Below are positions 1 through 12,203 of a stretch of 64,000 bases of DNA, in pieces. Source of the DNA: Halocafeteria seosinensis (Eukaryota); the NCBI GenBank assembly GCA_001687465.1, contig LVLI01000098.1, forward strand, positions 62,001-126,000. The letters run 5' to 3'. Both the position numbers and the translations under genes were made by a program. The notes under the pieces were generated by a model. That model made no database searches. It was not told where the DNA came from and saw only the letters and a program-made list of their open reading frames with translations. Position 1 is the first letter of the stretch. The number at the start of each line of letters is the position of its first letter.

Positions 1-2570
1 TCCGTTCCTGCACTTGCCTCGGGTAGATACACATCATCGTGGCAGAAAATTTCCCATCCTCCCATTCAGCTGTTTTTACATACATTCTATTAGAAACAGA
101 ACATCGTTTGAAGCATGGAACGCCAACGTTCATATCAATTCTAGCGCTTAAAAACTACATCCCCCTCCCAAACACCCCTTCCGGACCAGCCCCGGTCCAG
201 GGGCGGGGAAAGGAAGTTCCTTGAAGGAACCTGCCGACGCACTGGACTGGTTGTACTCTTGTAGTTCACTCGGAAGTGTCTACGTGTGTTACACGGTGTG
301 TAGAACGATAGGAATGCTCATCGGAAGAAGCGGTATGTAAGGCGAGGGAAGCAAGTTCAAGTCTTTGTGTCTCTTGCCAAACTAGAGTACGTAACTCGTC
401 TGGCTGACCCTAACCCTATTCACAACTGTACCGCGTAGTTAAAGTATAGATAGATGGAAGGTGTGTACACCTCGTCCCAATGACGGTCCCATGTAGTTAA
501 CTTACATCGGGCATAAATTTTCACAACCATCTCCTTCACCCGGAATGCTATGTGGGCGTGGCGTCCTGGGTTGTGCAAGTTGGTGTCCTTGCCTTTGCTG
601 GCGTCGTGCATCCTCCTGCTGATTCCGCTCCCCGAGAAGATTTCATTCCACAAGCACAACCCTGGAAACATGCGAATGGTTCAACAACTAGTAGTCCAAG
701 CAGAAGAGCCACAACGAAAAAGATGGGAAAGCCAATTATATCCCACAGAAACAGTGCAAGAAGAAACGGACTTAACAATATATCACCAGACCCCAGACAG
801 CCATGCAAATAGAGCACGCTTTACAGCAATCAGGAGTACCGCACTTTTTGCAAAGATCCAAGCCAAAAAATCTTTCCATTGCACCTGTTTCATGTTTTAT
901 AGAGAACCAACTGGAATCCTGCATTTGTGGAGACGAGGTGCTTTCAGTTTCTGTGGCTTACCGAAGGGTGTTAATCTGCTACTGTCTTCTAAAGGGTCAA
1001 AGTAATCATGCCCATCTTTATCAGGTCGACGTTTGCTAGTGATATTGGGAGCAGTTGAAAGTAGCGGTGCCATGTCGAGTCCTCCCCAGGACGAATACCA
1101 CTCGCTTTCTCCGATAGGTCCGTCTCGCTTCTCCCAGAGCCCTTCCGTAGGAGCATCTGCTGACGTTATAATGTCTTTGGAGCCCCACTCCACCCAACAA
1201 CTCGTCTCCCTGGAGCAAGCCATGCTGTTTAACACCCGTTGATATATTTCTACGTCCTCGGGCGTCCCACTGTTCTCGCACAGTGGGTTCTCGTCGGATT
1301 CCACAATGGAATCAACATCGGCACCAGCACCAGCAGCAGGTGAGTACTCGCAGGAGCCTTGGGATCATGTTGTAGCACAGCTTAGTCAAACAGGAAGGGT
1401 AGGACGCGTATATGTGCACCCTTATGCGGTACGTGTGGAAGCTAGATCGTTGAATGGCTCGGGTGGGCTCCGCAAATTGGCGTAAGTTGGTATAGTCCGC
1501 TGCATAAACCCCAGATCGAATGGTATGCCAAACAATGATGATGTTGCCTACCCAAGCAAGGACTTACGGAGGAATGCACAGCCCTCTAATTCCTCCACGA
1601 GCTCATGGCGGAAGGCCTTAGGGTGCACTTGCACCGATGACATCTTAGCTGTGCTGCTTATTCAAGTTAATACAAGAGACTGATGGGGGCCCCTTTACAC
1701 AATGTATGCGCAGAATTCTTCTCGTAATCCCGCCTCGCGAGGTGTCTACTGTCGCCACCATAGATGGGATTTGAGATGTTCAAGCACTCACCATCACAGA
1801 ACACTAACCTATGTCATCGGAAACTCCAGTGTAGAGTCCAATTTTGTTTCGTAGAAATGAAGCACCAATGATACTGGCGGATGGAAACGAAATTGAACAA
1901 TCCCTAAGATTTCCTTACTCAGTGGGTAAAGGATTCGGAATTTCGGGCCAGAGAGCTCGCTGAGTTAATTCAAACTTCACCGCCGATGAAGAAATACGCA
2001 TTTAAGTTCCATGACTTGCTATCTATTGTCAATTGAGAAACATAAATCGCGTTGCTAGTTTCTAGGATGTTTAGGAATACACCGGGAAAACAGCGTAACA
2101 GTACGGTCAGATGACCGAGAGTAACGCCAAGCTGCTGTAAGGATCAAGCTCGCGGAGGACATTCATTAAGATGTTTATCCACCCATTGGTCCCAGACTGA
2201 TGTATTGCGAGGAGAGCGGGGCGTTCCGAAGGAGCCACCAAGACACACGCTACAACTTCTAGGATTTCCTTAGTAGCAATCACGATCGTTCTTTCGGGAG
2301 TTCTCCACATTCAATAAACTGTGCACCTTAGTTGCTTCTAACAAACAAGTTGATGGGCGGTCTGTATACGGGTACTTCCTTCTTTCTTGATAATTGAACC
2401 ATCGTTGTTTACCCCGGGTCCCGGTTCCTGTGGAAGAGCCGGGATTGATGAGACCAGCAGAACTGCATCTCTCTTGCACACTGTACTAGTATGATGTAAA
2501 CATAGTATAAGATTGGTGAAAGCAGCCAATTTGTAGCTTGTTAGTTGTCGTAGCTGCAGATATCGGTCCC

Positions 2571-3168
2571 TCAGGAGCCACGACCGCGTCGACTTGGATT
2601 GAGCGGTCTTCTCATGCGATTTCTTTCCTGCAGCGGTGAATCTCATCTCCTTCCATTCCAAATATTCAATGTAGACGAAGGAAAATTACTTACATATTGG
2701 GAAAGTGCTTGTAATATATTCAAGCTATCTGGGAATTCGACGAGTCGAATTTTTCTCCCCCGGATGTAGATATTGTCCATCCACGTCGACTTCCCCTGTT
2801 GGTTCCACCACAAAGTAATGTACGAGAGACAAAAGTGACCCCGAGTGCTGTCATAGCACTATCAATTCATGATGAATTCCTACCTCTTTTGTGGTCAAAG
2901 TTGCATCACTCAAGCTTAAACTGCATCCATTACATCGCTACTTAAGTAACTCTTTCACTTTTTACCCGTCATTCAACAATTAAGAGCGACCGACTTACTC
3001 CATCTTGGGACTACTCACGCGTAATTGCCCTCGTATGGAGTGATCTGTCTTCAATTCCACCCGGATATAGGACTCTTTGGCCGCCACGGCCATCAACACC
3101 CGATTCAACGATAGTGCATTATTTCCCTTCTGTTTCGAATCCGACATTTTCCATTTCGAATCTTCCAT
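2571..3168 (-). CDS. Sm-fold protein, LSm10-like (SmD1/D3-related), 4 exons
   Basis: Manual splicing over three GT-AG introns gives (MEDSKWK)MSDSKQKGNNALSLNRVLMAVAAKESYIRVELKTDHSIRGQLRVSSPKMDLSLSDATLTTKEGKSTWMDNIYIRGRKIRLVEFPDSLNILQALSQYERNRMRRPLNPSRRGRGS*. Sm1 (IRVELK..IRGQL..MDLSL) and Sm2 (IYIRGRKIR..PD) motifs are present. Start is either 3168 or 3147. Confidence 0.8.
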
Positions 3169-3367
3169 AATATGCTTCCCACCACTCAAAATCGGGCTGT
3201 CTACATCGTATATGCGATGGAATCCAGGGTGAATAAAGACCCGCCAATCTTTCCTTTCAGATGTCGGTAACATGTTAATCTTTTCGTTTACTTGTTTGAA
3301 AGTTCTCAAAGCAGCAGCAGCGTATACGCCGGTATTGTGTCTCTGTAGGGTCGATATTTCCACCATC

Positions 3368-6300
3368 ATGTACAATCGAAGGAAGCGTCTGTATTATCTG
3401 GATGGTCCAGGAGGTGTGCGAAAGCCTTCTGAGACCCCAGTACGGGAGACTAGCGGGAGCACTCAGGTCCCTCAGACTCCAGACAATTCAGGAAATGGCC
3501 ATTTACAAGGCCCAGTTGGCACCCCTAGGGAAGCCGACACTGCACAGGGAGATAAAAGAGACGCATCTACGAGACACGTCAGTCAGCAGAAACAGATATG
3601 GCCGGAAATTACGTCAGTCGTGCCGGCAAGGTGGCACGCTTCGCAACAGTTCTTTCGAGTGGTCAGCACAATCTTTGGGAGGCGATATTTGACTGCCCAA
3701 GTCATTATTTACGTGTTTACCTTGCTGATAGTCCTTCTTGGCTCATCGAATTGTTATGAGCCAATGGCCGCTGCATGGCGCATCGCACGGAGAATTGGGC
3801 GTGTGATCATGTATCTGGCGCCACTTCCTGAATTCCTGACATTTGCACCGATTCCCGATGAACAACCATCTGGCAACCTTCAAGGGGTGAACATTGATTT
3901 TTCAAATGTCTCAAGCAATGGGTCACACTCTGGGAATCAATCGATGCCCATGATCTTTGAGGAAAACTCATGGAAATCCCAAGCGCTGCAGTATCTTAGT
4001 TTGGCGGTTGTGGTGGGGATTTTCGTGGCAGTGAAGGCAGCAAGTAGACTACGCGTGTATTCTATCGTGAATGAAAACTGCTACGGGCCTCTTGTGAGCT
4101 TTTTACATGTTGTCAGCTCACCACGGAAAATGTCTATAGTCGTGTTCGATGCTTTGTTCGGACTCTTCTTGGTGTCAAGAGTTTATTCCATGTCCACTAT
4201 GCAGACTGCTCATTTGTTTTGGGAATGCAATCCAACAAACGTAAGCTGGGAATCTTTGAGTTATTTTGGGTCTTTTGATCAAGCAAATGCAAACTCAACG
4301 AGGAGTATGCATTCAGTGGACGATTCTTCGACGGGTTCCGGGACCGTCCAATCGTACGTCTCAACGGCGGTAGCTGAGTCTCTAAAGTTTGTAGCCGGGG
4401 GTACCATGCAAGATCTGTCGATCGACTTCTCAACTAAGAGGCAAATCATCTGCATTAACGAACGTGTCGTGCTGGCATATTCGTACTCGATATTCGTGTC
4501 CGCCCTGTTGGCTGTTGCATTCTTTTGCTCATACCGGGAGTATCTTAGCACATGGAGAGAACAACTATTCAACTATATATTCCCTGATAGCCGAGTTCAA
4601 AGTAGAATGCACTCAGTATTGGAGGAGCAAGCTAGTGCGGAAGACGTTGAACTTCGTCATTTATACGAGACTGACAACCAGGACATAGATACGAAGGAGC
4701 TCACGCCTGTACCCACTCCACGTCTGGGGATACCATATGTGTACGCCCCCTGTATAGGTTGGTGTCGGGCAAATTCTCTCTGGAACAATGTGGCACCTAT
4801 ATCAGCGGCAGCGCTAGAGAGATCTCTGTCTATGCTCTACGTCATCCTTCTGGGTGCTGTCTTCTGCCCGCTGTTGGCAAACGTGCTTATCGGGTTGCTT
4901 GCTTTTGTCCTCCCCTCTGTTTACCAGTTCGCACGGATTCATTGGCCTCCTTATACATTTATGCAGTGGATGTATTTTAGTCTTTTTTACTGGTATGATT
5001 TCCTTTTCGTGAGCACGTGCATTGGAACTATTTATATTGTTTCTGAAGCTTGCTCGCACCTTGTCCTACCGCGGAGCTTTAGCGCTGTGGATTTGATCCT
5101 GGGAAAGGACCCGTTTGTCACTTTGAGTGGGGTGAATTTGTCTGGAAAAGTAGATAGTGGTGCTTCCACAGGAGCCGTAACAGGAACTGAATCAGTCGAT
5201 TTGGAGGCGGAGGAAAATTCACTCGAAAACCCGTTTGCGAGCTTCTTCAACCCTAACAACATTGACTACAGTTTTGTTAACGAAGATTCGTCGCTGAAGA
5301 GACGACTTCAGCAAACGTACTTACATTGCTTATACGGGCTAGATTCTTTAGGACTGAAATATGGCCAAGTGGATGTGTACTCCCTTAGATTTCCTGGTAT
5401 AACTGCTGCACCAGAGGGCACACTTTCTCAGTTTATGGTACATTGGGCGGCAAACAGTCGAGGTATTGCATTGTTTAAAGCGGGAATTTCAGATGGAGCA
5501 GAACTTCTGGCTGGACCTATATCTGGGGGGCATAGGTCCGGTCCCTCCACGGTCGGTGGAGTCTATGACAGTGCGCGCGGCACTGAATCCAATTACGGTT
5601 GTAGGAGAAATATTGAACGGATTTATTCTAATGTTTCCAAATCATGGTGTATGGGTGAATACGGTACCCTCTCTGAAATGCATGGCACGAAGGGCGCCAC
5701 GATGGCTCTGAGTACCCTGAAATTGTGGCAATCAAGAATGGCCGATGCTGAAGTGGCGCTCTACTCTTCCCTGGCGGAGCCGTTCCCCGGTAGCACTGGA
5801 AGTACTTCGGGTTCGCTAGTCCTGTCAAGACTACTGTTAACGTTGTGGAATACATCCTCAGATTCCTCGATGTCAACGCCTCATCATCTTTGGCGGGACT
5901 TAGGTCGAACGGCTGCTCTACAAGATGCAGCTTTTGGATTCGTGTATTCTGCCAAGGATCGAAGAGAAATTTGGGGAGATGCGACAGGAAACCGTTGGAG
6001 AGCTCTTATATGGTCTTTGACTGGTATTATTGACGCTACTAGTATTGTCCTAGCCAACGCGGGGTACACTCATAGTCTTCCCCCAGCTGCGAAAGTGATG
6101 CGATCCGAGCAGATTCGTGGAGTTCCTCGCTTTATTCCACTGGAGGCACGGCGTATTGTAGCAGACATACAAGCTTATGATCCAGTTTCGGATTCGGCAC
6201 GAAGGCTCCCTGGAGGATTTACCAGCGCCGAAACACGCGCCTCCTACAAAGAACGTCAAGAGCGTGAAGGGTCAATTGTTGAAGAGCATTCCTCAGTCGC

Positions 6301-7669
6301 GAAATGGCTATATGCGTGTGGTTGTCTTCGTCGTCAACCTCTGAAAGTATCTGAAAGGCGTCGTGAGGCACCTGTAGCCAAATTTTTGCGGGTTATTGGA
6401 TGCGGTACGTTGCTACGATGGTTTCAGGGCGCTGGATTCCTGCTACCAGAAGGTTCGCCTAATGCTGATCCTCTTCTTGTGAGGTGTTTACAGCGCTGTG
6501 GTTGTATCAGAGAGCGAAACAAGCATTCTGCACAGCTTGACATTTTCAGCGGCCATAGCGGAAATGTCAATCCAAGCTCATCTGTAAACATGGCGGACAG
6601 GCAGCGATTGGAGCGGACGGCTAACCGTCCTTCCCGATACCAAGAGTTTCGGGGTGCTGTTCGGTATGAACAGCGAGGTCACTTGGTCCACCCTGGAAAC
6701 GAGGCCATTATCTCGATTATTAACCCCTCGCGAACAGGCGTTATTCCTTGGATGCTTCGGAATACCTTGCGATCTGTGTCCCAAAAAGCAGATATGCTAT
6801 TATGGGACTCACACAATGTCAAGAACTCTTGCAAGTGTATAACGTCGTTGCTATTGAGTAGCTTAGGAGAGGACACGCATGGACTTGCACGTCCCTCTAT
6901 CGGAATGTGTCTTTGCAGCTTACTTACTCTTCATGACAGCCTTATTGTGTACGCTAACGGCTCCATTGAGGATGTCAATTCGGAGATTCCGAGCGATGTT
7001 TTCGATAGCCGACGGGACGAATACTCGCAGATTGTTGAGGCCGATCGTTGGCTGTTCGTCCACGATGAACTGGTGTCTTGTCTACAAGAAGTTCGGGCAT
7101 GCTTGGTTGTATTACTCTCCGAGTATTATGTCCACTTGAAAGAAGAGTCTTCCCGTATCCTCAAGCAAGACGAACTAGATGATATGAAAGCAGCAGCGGA
7201 TAAGGTGGTGAAGGTGCTCTGTGAGCGACACATTGGAGGTAGGAAGTCTAACGCAGGCATGATGAGCAGCCGTGTCAAGGCTGATATTCACCCAATCAGG
7301 ACTTCATCCGTGGTCCCTTTGCCGATTCACCATGAAGACAGTTTACAGCGAATATGGGAGGATATATATGAGGGCAACCAATGGGGAGCCTTCTTGTCTC
7401 TCATGAAACGTGAAAGCAGAGATTTCAAACCACCCGCCAGTTACGGAGACTGGGATGATGATGCAATGCGAGACGACAGTTCAACCAGCGTTCCATTGGT
7501 AGAACAACTGGCTACGGATCTGCCGTTTCCCGCCTTAATGAGAGCAATATCCTCATGTGAACCGTACGCGCGGCTGTTTTTGGGAGGAACAAGGGTTAAC
7601 AACGCTGTGTACAAGCTATGGGACTGGAAACGCCGTTATAAACGAGCCATGAGGTTGTCTGGACGATAG
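3368..7669 (+). CDS. NDC1: Nucleoporin NDC1-like multi-pass membrane protein (unusually long, single ORF)
   Basis: N-terminal half has several hydrophobic TM segments. ALQDAAF..DRREIW..NRWRALI and ITSLLLSSLGEDTHGLARPSIGMCLCSLLTL resemble the conserved Ndc1 motifs (ALQDL..RRQEVF..W; LVAASxxEDxxGVVQ..L..LLTL). First ATG is at 3368. Confidence 0.7.
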   Translation: MYNRRKRLYYLDGPGGVRKPSETPVRETSGSTQVPQTPDNSGNGHLQGPVGTPREADTAQGDKRDASTRHVSQQKQIWPEITSVVPARWHASQQFFRVVSTIFGRRYLTAQVIIYVFTLLIVLLGSSNCYEPMAAAWRIARRIGRVIMYLAPLPEFLTFAPIPDEQPSGNLQGVNIDFSNVSSNGSHSGNQSMPMIFEENSWKSQALQYLSLAVVVGIFVAVKAASRLRVYSIVNENCYGPLVSFLHVVSSPRKMSIVVFDALFGLFLVSRVYSMSTMQTAHLFWECNPTNVSWESLSYFGSFDQANANSTRSMHSVDDSSTGSGTVQSYVSTAVAESLKFVAGGTMQDLSIDFSTKRQIICINERVVLAYSYSIFVSALLAVAFFCSYREYLSTWREQLFNYIFPDSRVQSRMHSVLEEQASAEDVELRHLYETDNQDIDTKELTPVPTPRLGIPYVYAPCIGWCRANSLWNNVAPISAAALERSLSMLYVILLGAVFCPLLANVLIGLLAFVLPSVYQFARIHWPPYTFMQWMYFSLFYWYDFLFVSTCIGTIYIVSEACSHLVLPRSFSAVDLILGKDPFVTLSGVNLSGKVDSGASTGAVTGTESVDLEAEENSLENPFASFFNPNNIDYSFVNEDSSLKRRLQQTYLHCLYGLDSLGLKYGQVDVYSLRFPGITAAPEGTLSQFMVHWAANSRGIALFKAGISDGAELLAGPISGGHRSGPSTVGGVYDSARGTESNYGCRRNIERIYSNVSKSWCMGEYGTLSEMHGTKGATMALSTLKLWQSRMADAEVALYSSLAEPFPGSTGSTSGSLVLSRLLLTLWNTSSDSSMSTPHHLWRDLGRTAALQDAAFGFVYSAKDRREIWGDATGNRWRALIWSLTGIIDATSIVLANAGYTHSLPPAAKVMRSEQIRGVPRFIPLEARRIVADIQAYDPVSDSARRLPGGFTSAETRASYKERQEREGSIVEEHSSVAKWLYACGCLRRQPLKVSERRREAPVAKFLRVIGCGTLLRWFQGAGFLLPEGSPNADPLLVRCLQRCGCIRERNKHSAQLDIFSGHSGNVNPSSSVNMADRQRLERTANRPSRYQEFRGAVRYEQRGHLVHPGNEAIISIINPSRTGVIPWMLRNTLRSVSQKADMLLWDSHNVKNSCKCITSLLLSSLGEDTHGLARPSIGMCLCSLLTLHDSLIVYANGSIEDVNSEIPSDVFDSRRDEYSQIVEADRWLFVHDELVSCLQEVRACLVVLLSEYYVHLKEESSRILKQDELDDMKAAADKVVKVLCERHIGGRKSNAGMMSSRVKADIHPIRTSSVVPLPIHHEDSLQRIWEDIYEGNQWGAFLSLMKRESRDFKPPASYGDWDDDAMRDDSSTSVPLVEQLATDLPFPALMRAISSCEPYARLFLGGTRVNNAVYKLWDWKRRYKRAMRLSGR

Positions 7670-8165
7670 CCCTGCCACAGAATGCTCTGAATTTATCCAA
7701 TTCAGATACAGTAAAATTATGTACAGTGTTGAACACAATGTACGTGTCCACATCCTGTTGGCATTGCGTGCTTGTACCCAGTTTGTAGTAACGTATTACC
7801 ATGCCTTCCCTTGGTTTCGATCCTTATCAGTTCCGTCGATAGCAAATACCTAGAAATCCGACCGAAAGAACAGTCTTTCCTATGTCTCCAAAGCTGGGTT
7901 CCCTCTGCTGAGTTGACCGTTAGGGCTTGAGCGACCAAGTCTTGCGACCCAAGGGGAGCGCTGTCTTTTTCCATGCACAACCAGTAACACAAGGTAAATT
8001 TTTGCGTGTTTTGAAATTGTCTGACGTGGACCATCTGATCCAAGCGTTCGGTTGAGTAGATGATCGAGGGGAAAGGGCAGAACTAGCATCAGGTTCAATA
8101 GCGCGCGTCAATCCGGGTTGCGACTTCCCCCGTCGTTTATTCACTATCGAGCTAACTCTGGTAAA

Positions 8166-9822
8166 ATGTCAACCAGGGCGAGGAGTATGCTCGACGACAT
8201 TAATGCATCCCTTCCCGATACGTCCGGTAGCATGTACCCGGGAAAATCTGGCGCTGGAGCTCAAGCGCCAGCGACTTCCACGTCCACTCGGCGTCATCAA
8301 CCTTATTCGTGGGAAGAAAATCGTCCTTCCGAGAGTTCATCATTGGGATTTAATGAACTTTGGTATCAAAACCGAAGTCCGACGCGGCCGCAAAGTGCCG
8401 GCCTCGGAGAGCAACCAGCTGCTGGAATTTCCCACGGAGCGGGGCCTTCCGGCTTCCAGCCGTACCCCCCGCCGACTTCCTCGTATGACTATGCACCTCA
8501 ACAGGGGCGGTTACCGGCTCCCTTTCACGGGGATGAAAGCCCCGCAGCCATGACCAATTCGCCGTCAAGAATTCAGTCGTCCTCATTCAAAGGGTACGGA
8601 CAGTCAGATTTCGGTGCTGGATTCCAGCAACCACCTCCACAACAACCGACCGATCAGTCTCGTCGCCATGTGCCAGTGTCTGATCGGGGTACGTCCACTC
8701 GTCGACATTCAGCATCTTTTGAACAACAGCAATTGATGGATCCTCACCAGTCAACGAATCAAATAGCATCAAGTGCTTTGGACAACCTCACCGGCGAGCT
8801 GGATACCCTGAGGCAACATTGGAGAGAAGATGGCACCAAAGTCCGACAAAAGATGATAAACTTTCATCGAGGGAAGGTCCAGGCCGAAGAGAGACTAGCA
8901 GAAGTACAAACCACACTTGAACGTAAAGAAAGAGAATGGGAACATGAGAAGGCATCTTACCAGAAGGAGGTACGTCTCAGCGCAAAAATAAAAAATAAAA
9001 ATTGGTAACTGAGTATGCTAACACTACATGTCAAACATTTTCATGTACAGATCGACCGACTCAAGTCCACTGTAAGACACCTGGTGCATGAAAATGACCA
9101 TGCGCGAGAGGAAAGATACACCGAGGTAAGACTGGATGAGAAGCACCTGCGGAATTGTATTTACCAGTCCACAGCTCTGTACTTCGTCGGGTATGCAGAC
9201 TGGCAGTGTGCAGTCTAAGTTGTCGTCAGCCCTAAAGCGAGTAGCTGCACTAGAAAACGAACTGGCAGACGAGCGTGCCCGGAGGATTAATGCCGATGGT
9301 GCAACTGAGCAATATACGAATAACCTTGAGGCGGCAGAGAAAAAGAACGAGGATCTGGAAAATCAAGTAGGTGCTCCGCGACTAGCAATTATCTTTAATT
9401 TTGTTGAGTTTCCAACACAAAATTATAACCCTTATGTTCAACAGCTTCGACAAATGGAGGAAAAGACTGAACGTGAACGAAAGTCCCTCTTGGACCAAAT
9501 GCATCAAGCCCAGCAGCGACATAAGCGCGAAGTTCAGTCGCTCCAAGAAGAAGTTGTAGAACTGACGAATTCACTCAAGAGCACGCGATCAGAAGCTTCC
9601 GAGAGACGTAACAACTATGAGCAGACTATTTATCAATTACGCACTGAAGTCCAAGATCTTCAAAATCAACTAGAAAGTAAAAATAATGAGCTAGAACGGT
9701 TAAAGACCGAGTATACCAAAGCTTCTACACGGGCGGAGACCCTAGAGCGGTCCCTGCAGAATACTGACTCCGAATTTGCAGCTGTCGCGGAAGCAGTCCA
9801 GAACATGTGCTACTCAGGATAA
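8166..9822 (+). CDS. Coiled-coil protein with Pro/Gln/Ser-rich disordered N-terminus, function unknown (4 exons)
   Basis: ORF pieces 8118-9008, 9015-9218 and 9136-9822 join through GT-AG introns near 8970-9050, 9126-9198 and 9367-9444. The C-terminal half is heptad-rich in E/K/Q/L. Confidence 0.7.
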
Positions 9823-9853
9823 TGCAAATGAACGTTTTGTGATCGGACATGAA

Positions 9854-11752
9854 TCATGTATTTTGAAGCTCTGTCGAACTACCTTTCGTATTTCTGCTTC
9901 GTGTTTCAAGTCTGAGCCTATATAAGCGACGACTTAGCTCGTCCAGTCTGCGATCTGCAGCAGAATTGCTATGCTCGCTACCTTCCTTATCTCGTATTGT
10001 TCGTCCCGCTGAAGGAGCGTGTTGTTCACCTGCCGAAGGTTTATCTTTCCGCTCAGACATTGCATCATTAAATTTAACTCTCTTTTTATCGGAGAGTTGT
10101 TTTTTTCCTCCGATATTTGCGTATCCCTTCACCACATCTTTCACTATGTCACAAGATTTTCTTTGCTGGCTAAATACTTCTGCAGGTACGCTTAAACTAG
10201 ACGGGGTAGGGTGCCGACAACGCGGTGCAGAGCGATAGTGAGGAGCCTGGTCAACTTCGCGCAATGCGAGAAGTTCGTCCTCCAACTTCTTAGCAGTGTC
10301 GCACAGGTACATATGATCTTGAGTAGGATGCAAAGACAGAATTGGGTTAGAGGCACGCACTGAGGAAGCATCTTCCGGAAAGCGATACTGTGACCGCTCT
10401 TTGACATTTCCGCTATGACTGCATCGAACGTCCTTCTCCTCGCCAGGTAGTGGTCGTGGTGCTTGTCGGTGTCTGCCTGAGCTCCCTGACACGTCTGTTA
10501 ACTGGTCCCTACATTTATCTGAGTTCAGCTCTTCCCTTTTTATCTCCATCCCATTGGAAGAAGCTTTACTCGTGTGCTTAGCGCTCTGGATATGATAGAG
10601 GGTTTGGACCGCACATTGCTCAGCCCATGTCAAAGTGTCGGACATATTACCTTGCGAAGCGTTTCGCGAACGAGTAGATGCTGCACATCTATCTTCGCTA
10701 TCTTCCCCATTTGGCTTCCTAGATCTACTCAAGGCGCTCTCCACCATTTCTTCCACCTGTTTTATTGCGTCATTGAATGGTGACGTCGCGCATGAATGCG
10801 ACGTTATCTGGTTGGAATTATCACTCGAAGGCTTCAATCGCTCGATAGGTGTCACATAGTCAAAATAACTGCAGTATTGCGATGAATGACGCATGTCACT
10901 ACTGTCTCTGGAGCCTTTTTGTCCGACACTATCTTCTACAGCCTCGACCCGCGAGGGAATTTGATCAACTAGCGAGCTACTAGCTTCGGAAGTGGGATAG
11001 ATTTGCTTCCCCTCAGGGTTCTGCGCCACGCTACATTCCTTACGTTGTTCACTGACAACTTCATTTGGTCCAAATCTAGCACCGTGGTAAGATATTTGCT
11101 CAGGGTAAGTCGGTGGATCGTTGGTAGAGACTTCTGTTGATTCCCAAGCCGACTGAGACCCAGTCATCTGGGGAGCACTTGTACAAACTTTTGCCGGCAG
11201 TTCCGCCTTTGGCTCTTGCCTCACTTTACGACTATGATCACTACTGCTCAATGACTTAACAAGCGTTCTAGGACTTGCATTCGGGTCCCTCTCCTGTAAA
11301 ACGCGTCGATTAGGCACTTTACGGCGATTCACCCTCGACTTCCTCGTCAACTTTTGCGTCCTTTTTGACGCTGAGGCATCCTTTGGCTTGGTATTTGTCG
11401 CACTACCGGTACGCTTCTGGGAAAGTTTTGACGGAGTCGAACGATGACTGGAAGTGGCTGCATCCTTATTAAGTAGGGGTTTACGGCGGCTGACAGGGGA
11501 TGATGAGTCCTGTTGACACGCTAAGTGTTTGCGATTCTCTCCTCTTCCAGACCTGCAGTCCCCACCACTGCTGGTCGCCGTCGATATCGAGGACTTTCGG
11601 ACTGAAATATCCATCGTTTGGCACTGTAAACCTTCGGAAACAGAGGACTCGGGACTTCGCGGAGCGATTTGAATCCCGGTCTTGCGGCTTAACGGCTGCG
11701 GCATATTTCCTCCATCTTTGCCGTATTTCCTGCGCACAGGCAACCGCGCCAT
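9854..11752 (-). CDS. Hypothetical low-complexity (Ser/Arg/Lys-rich) protein with short C-terminal coiled coils
   Basis: Uninterrupted ORF of >600 codons, convergent with the upstream gene. No recognisable domain; start codon uncertain. Confidence 0.6.
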   Translation of the reverse strand: MARLPVRRKYGKDGGNMPQPLSRKTGIQIAPRSPESSVSEGLQCQTMDISVRKSSISTATSSGGDCRSGRGENRKHLACQQDSSSPVSRRKPLLNKDAATSSHRSTPSKLSQKRTGSATNTKPKDASASKRTQKLTRKSRVNRRKVPNRRVLQERDPNASPRTLVKSLSSSDHSRKVRQEPKAELPAKVCTSAPQMTGSQSAWESTEVSTNDPPTYPEQISYHGARFGPNEVVSEQRKECSVAQNPEGKQIYPTSEASSSLVDQIPSRVEAVEDSVGQKGSRDSSDMRHSSQYCSYFDYVTPIERLKPSSDNSNQITSHSCATSPFNDAIKQVEEMVESALSRSRKPNGEDSEDRCAASTRSRNASQGNMSDTLTWAEQCAVQTLYHIQSAKHTSKASSNGMEIKREELNSDKCRDQLTDVSGSSGRHRQAPRPLPGEEKDVRCSHSGNVKERSQYRFPEDASSVRASNPILSLHPTQDHMYLCDTAKKLEDELLALREVDQAPHYRSAPRCRHPTPSSLSVPAEVFSQQRKSCDIVKDVVKGYANIGGKKQLSDKKRVKFNDAMSERKDKPSAGEQHAPSAGRTIRDKEGSEHSNSAADRRLDELSRRLYRLRLETRSRNTKGSSTELQNT

Positions 11753-12203
11753 CCCCGTGGGCTTGAGTGGCCTACGGATACGAGCAGCATGAATCAAAAT
11801 GAAGCTCTTGGACGAATTATACGATCTAAATTAGCCTCAAATAGCGCTCCACTGAGTGACTTCCAGGCTGCAGCCCGGGCCCTTTTTCACACAGTGACTC
11901 AGTGAGCAAAGATTGCTCGGTTGCAACTTGCAGCCCCGACTCGCCGAGGGCACGGGCTGCCGCTCGGGCAGCGCCATTCGGCACGGGCACGGTCACCCGG
12001 CCGCCCTCGCCCTATTGGTGCAATTTGGTGGCCCCTTGGAAAGCCTTTTTGTAGTTCCTCCTGCTGAGCCGTCCAACGCGAATTCCTGCTGGCCCAAACG
12101 CCCTCTATATGCTTTATGTAGACTTGTTGTCATTCGCGCAACTCGGCTTAATGTTTTCCCTTGTATGTGTGGTAATAAATTTAGTGCCTAGATTAAGGAA
12201 ATA

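Noticed and set aside
407..418. Telomere-like accctaacccta
   Set aside because: Only two units; not an array.
240..2500. Possible multi-exon gene(s) around ORFs 550-1005 (+) and 897-1304 (-)
   Set aside because: Splice-like signals exist on both strands, but I could not build a phase-consistent model or recognise a domain. Left unresolved.
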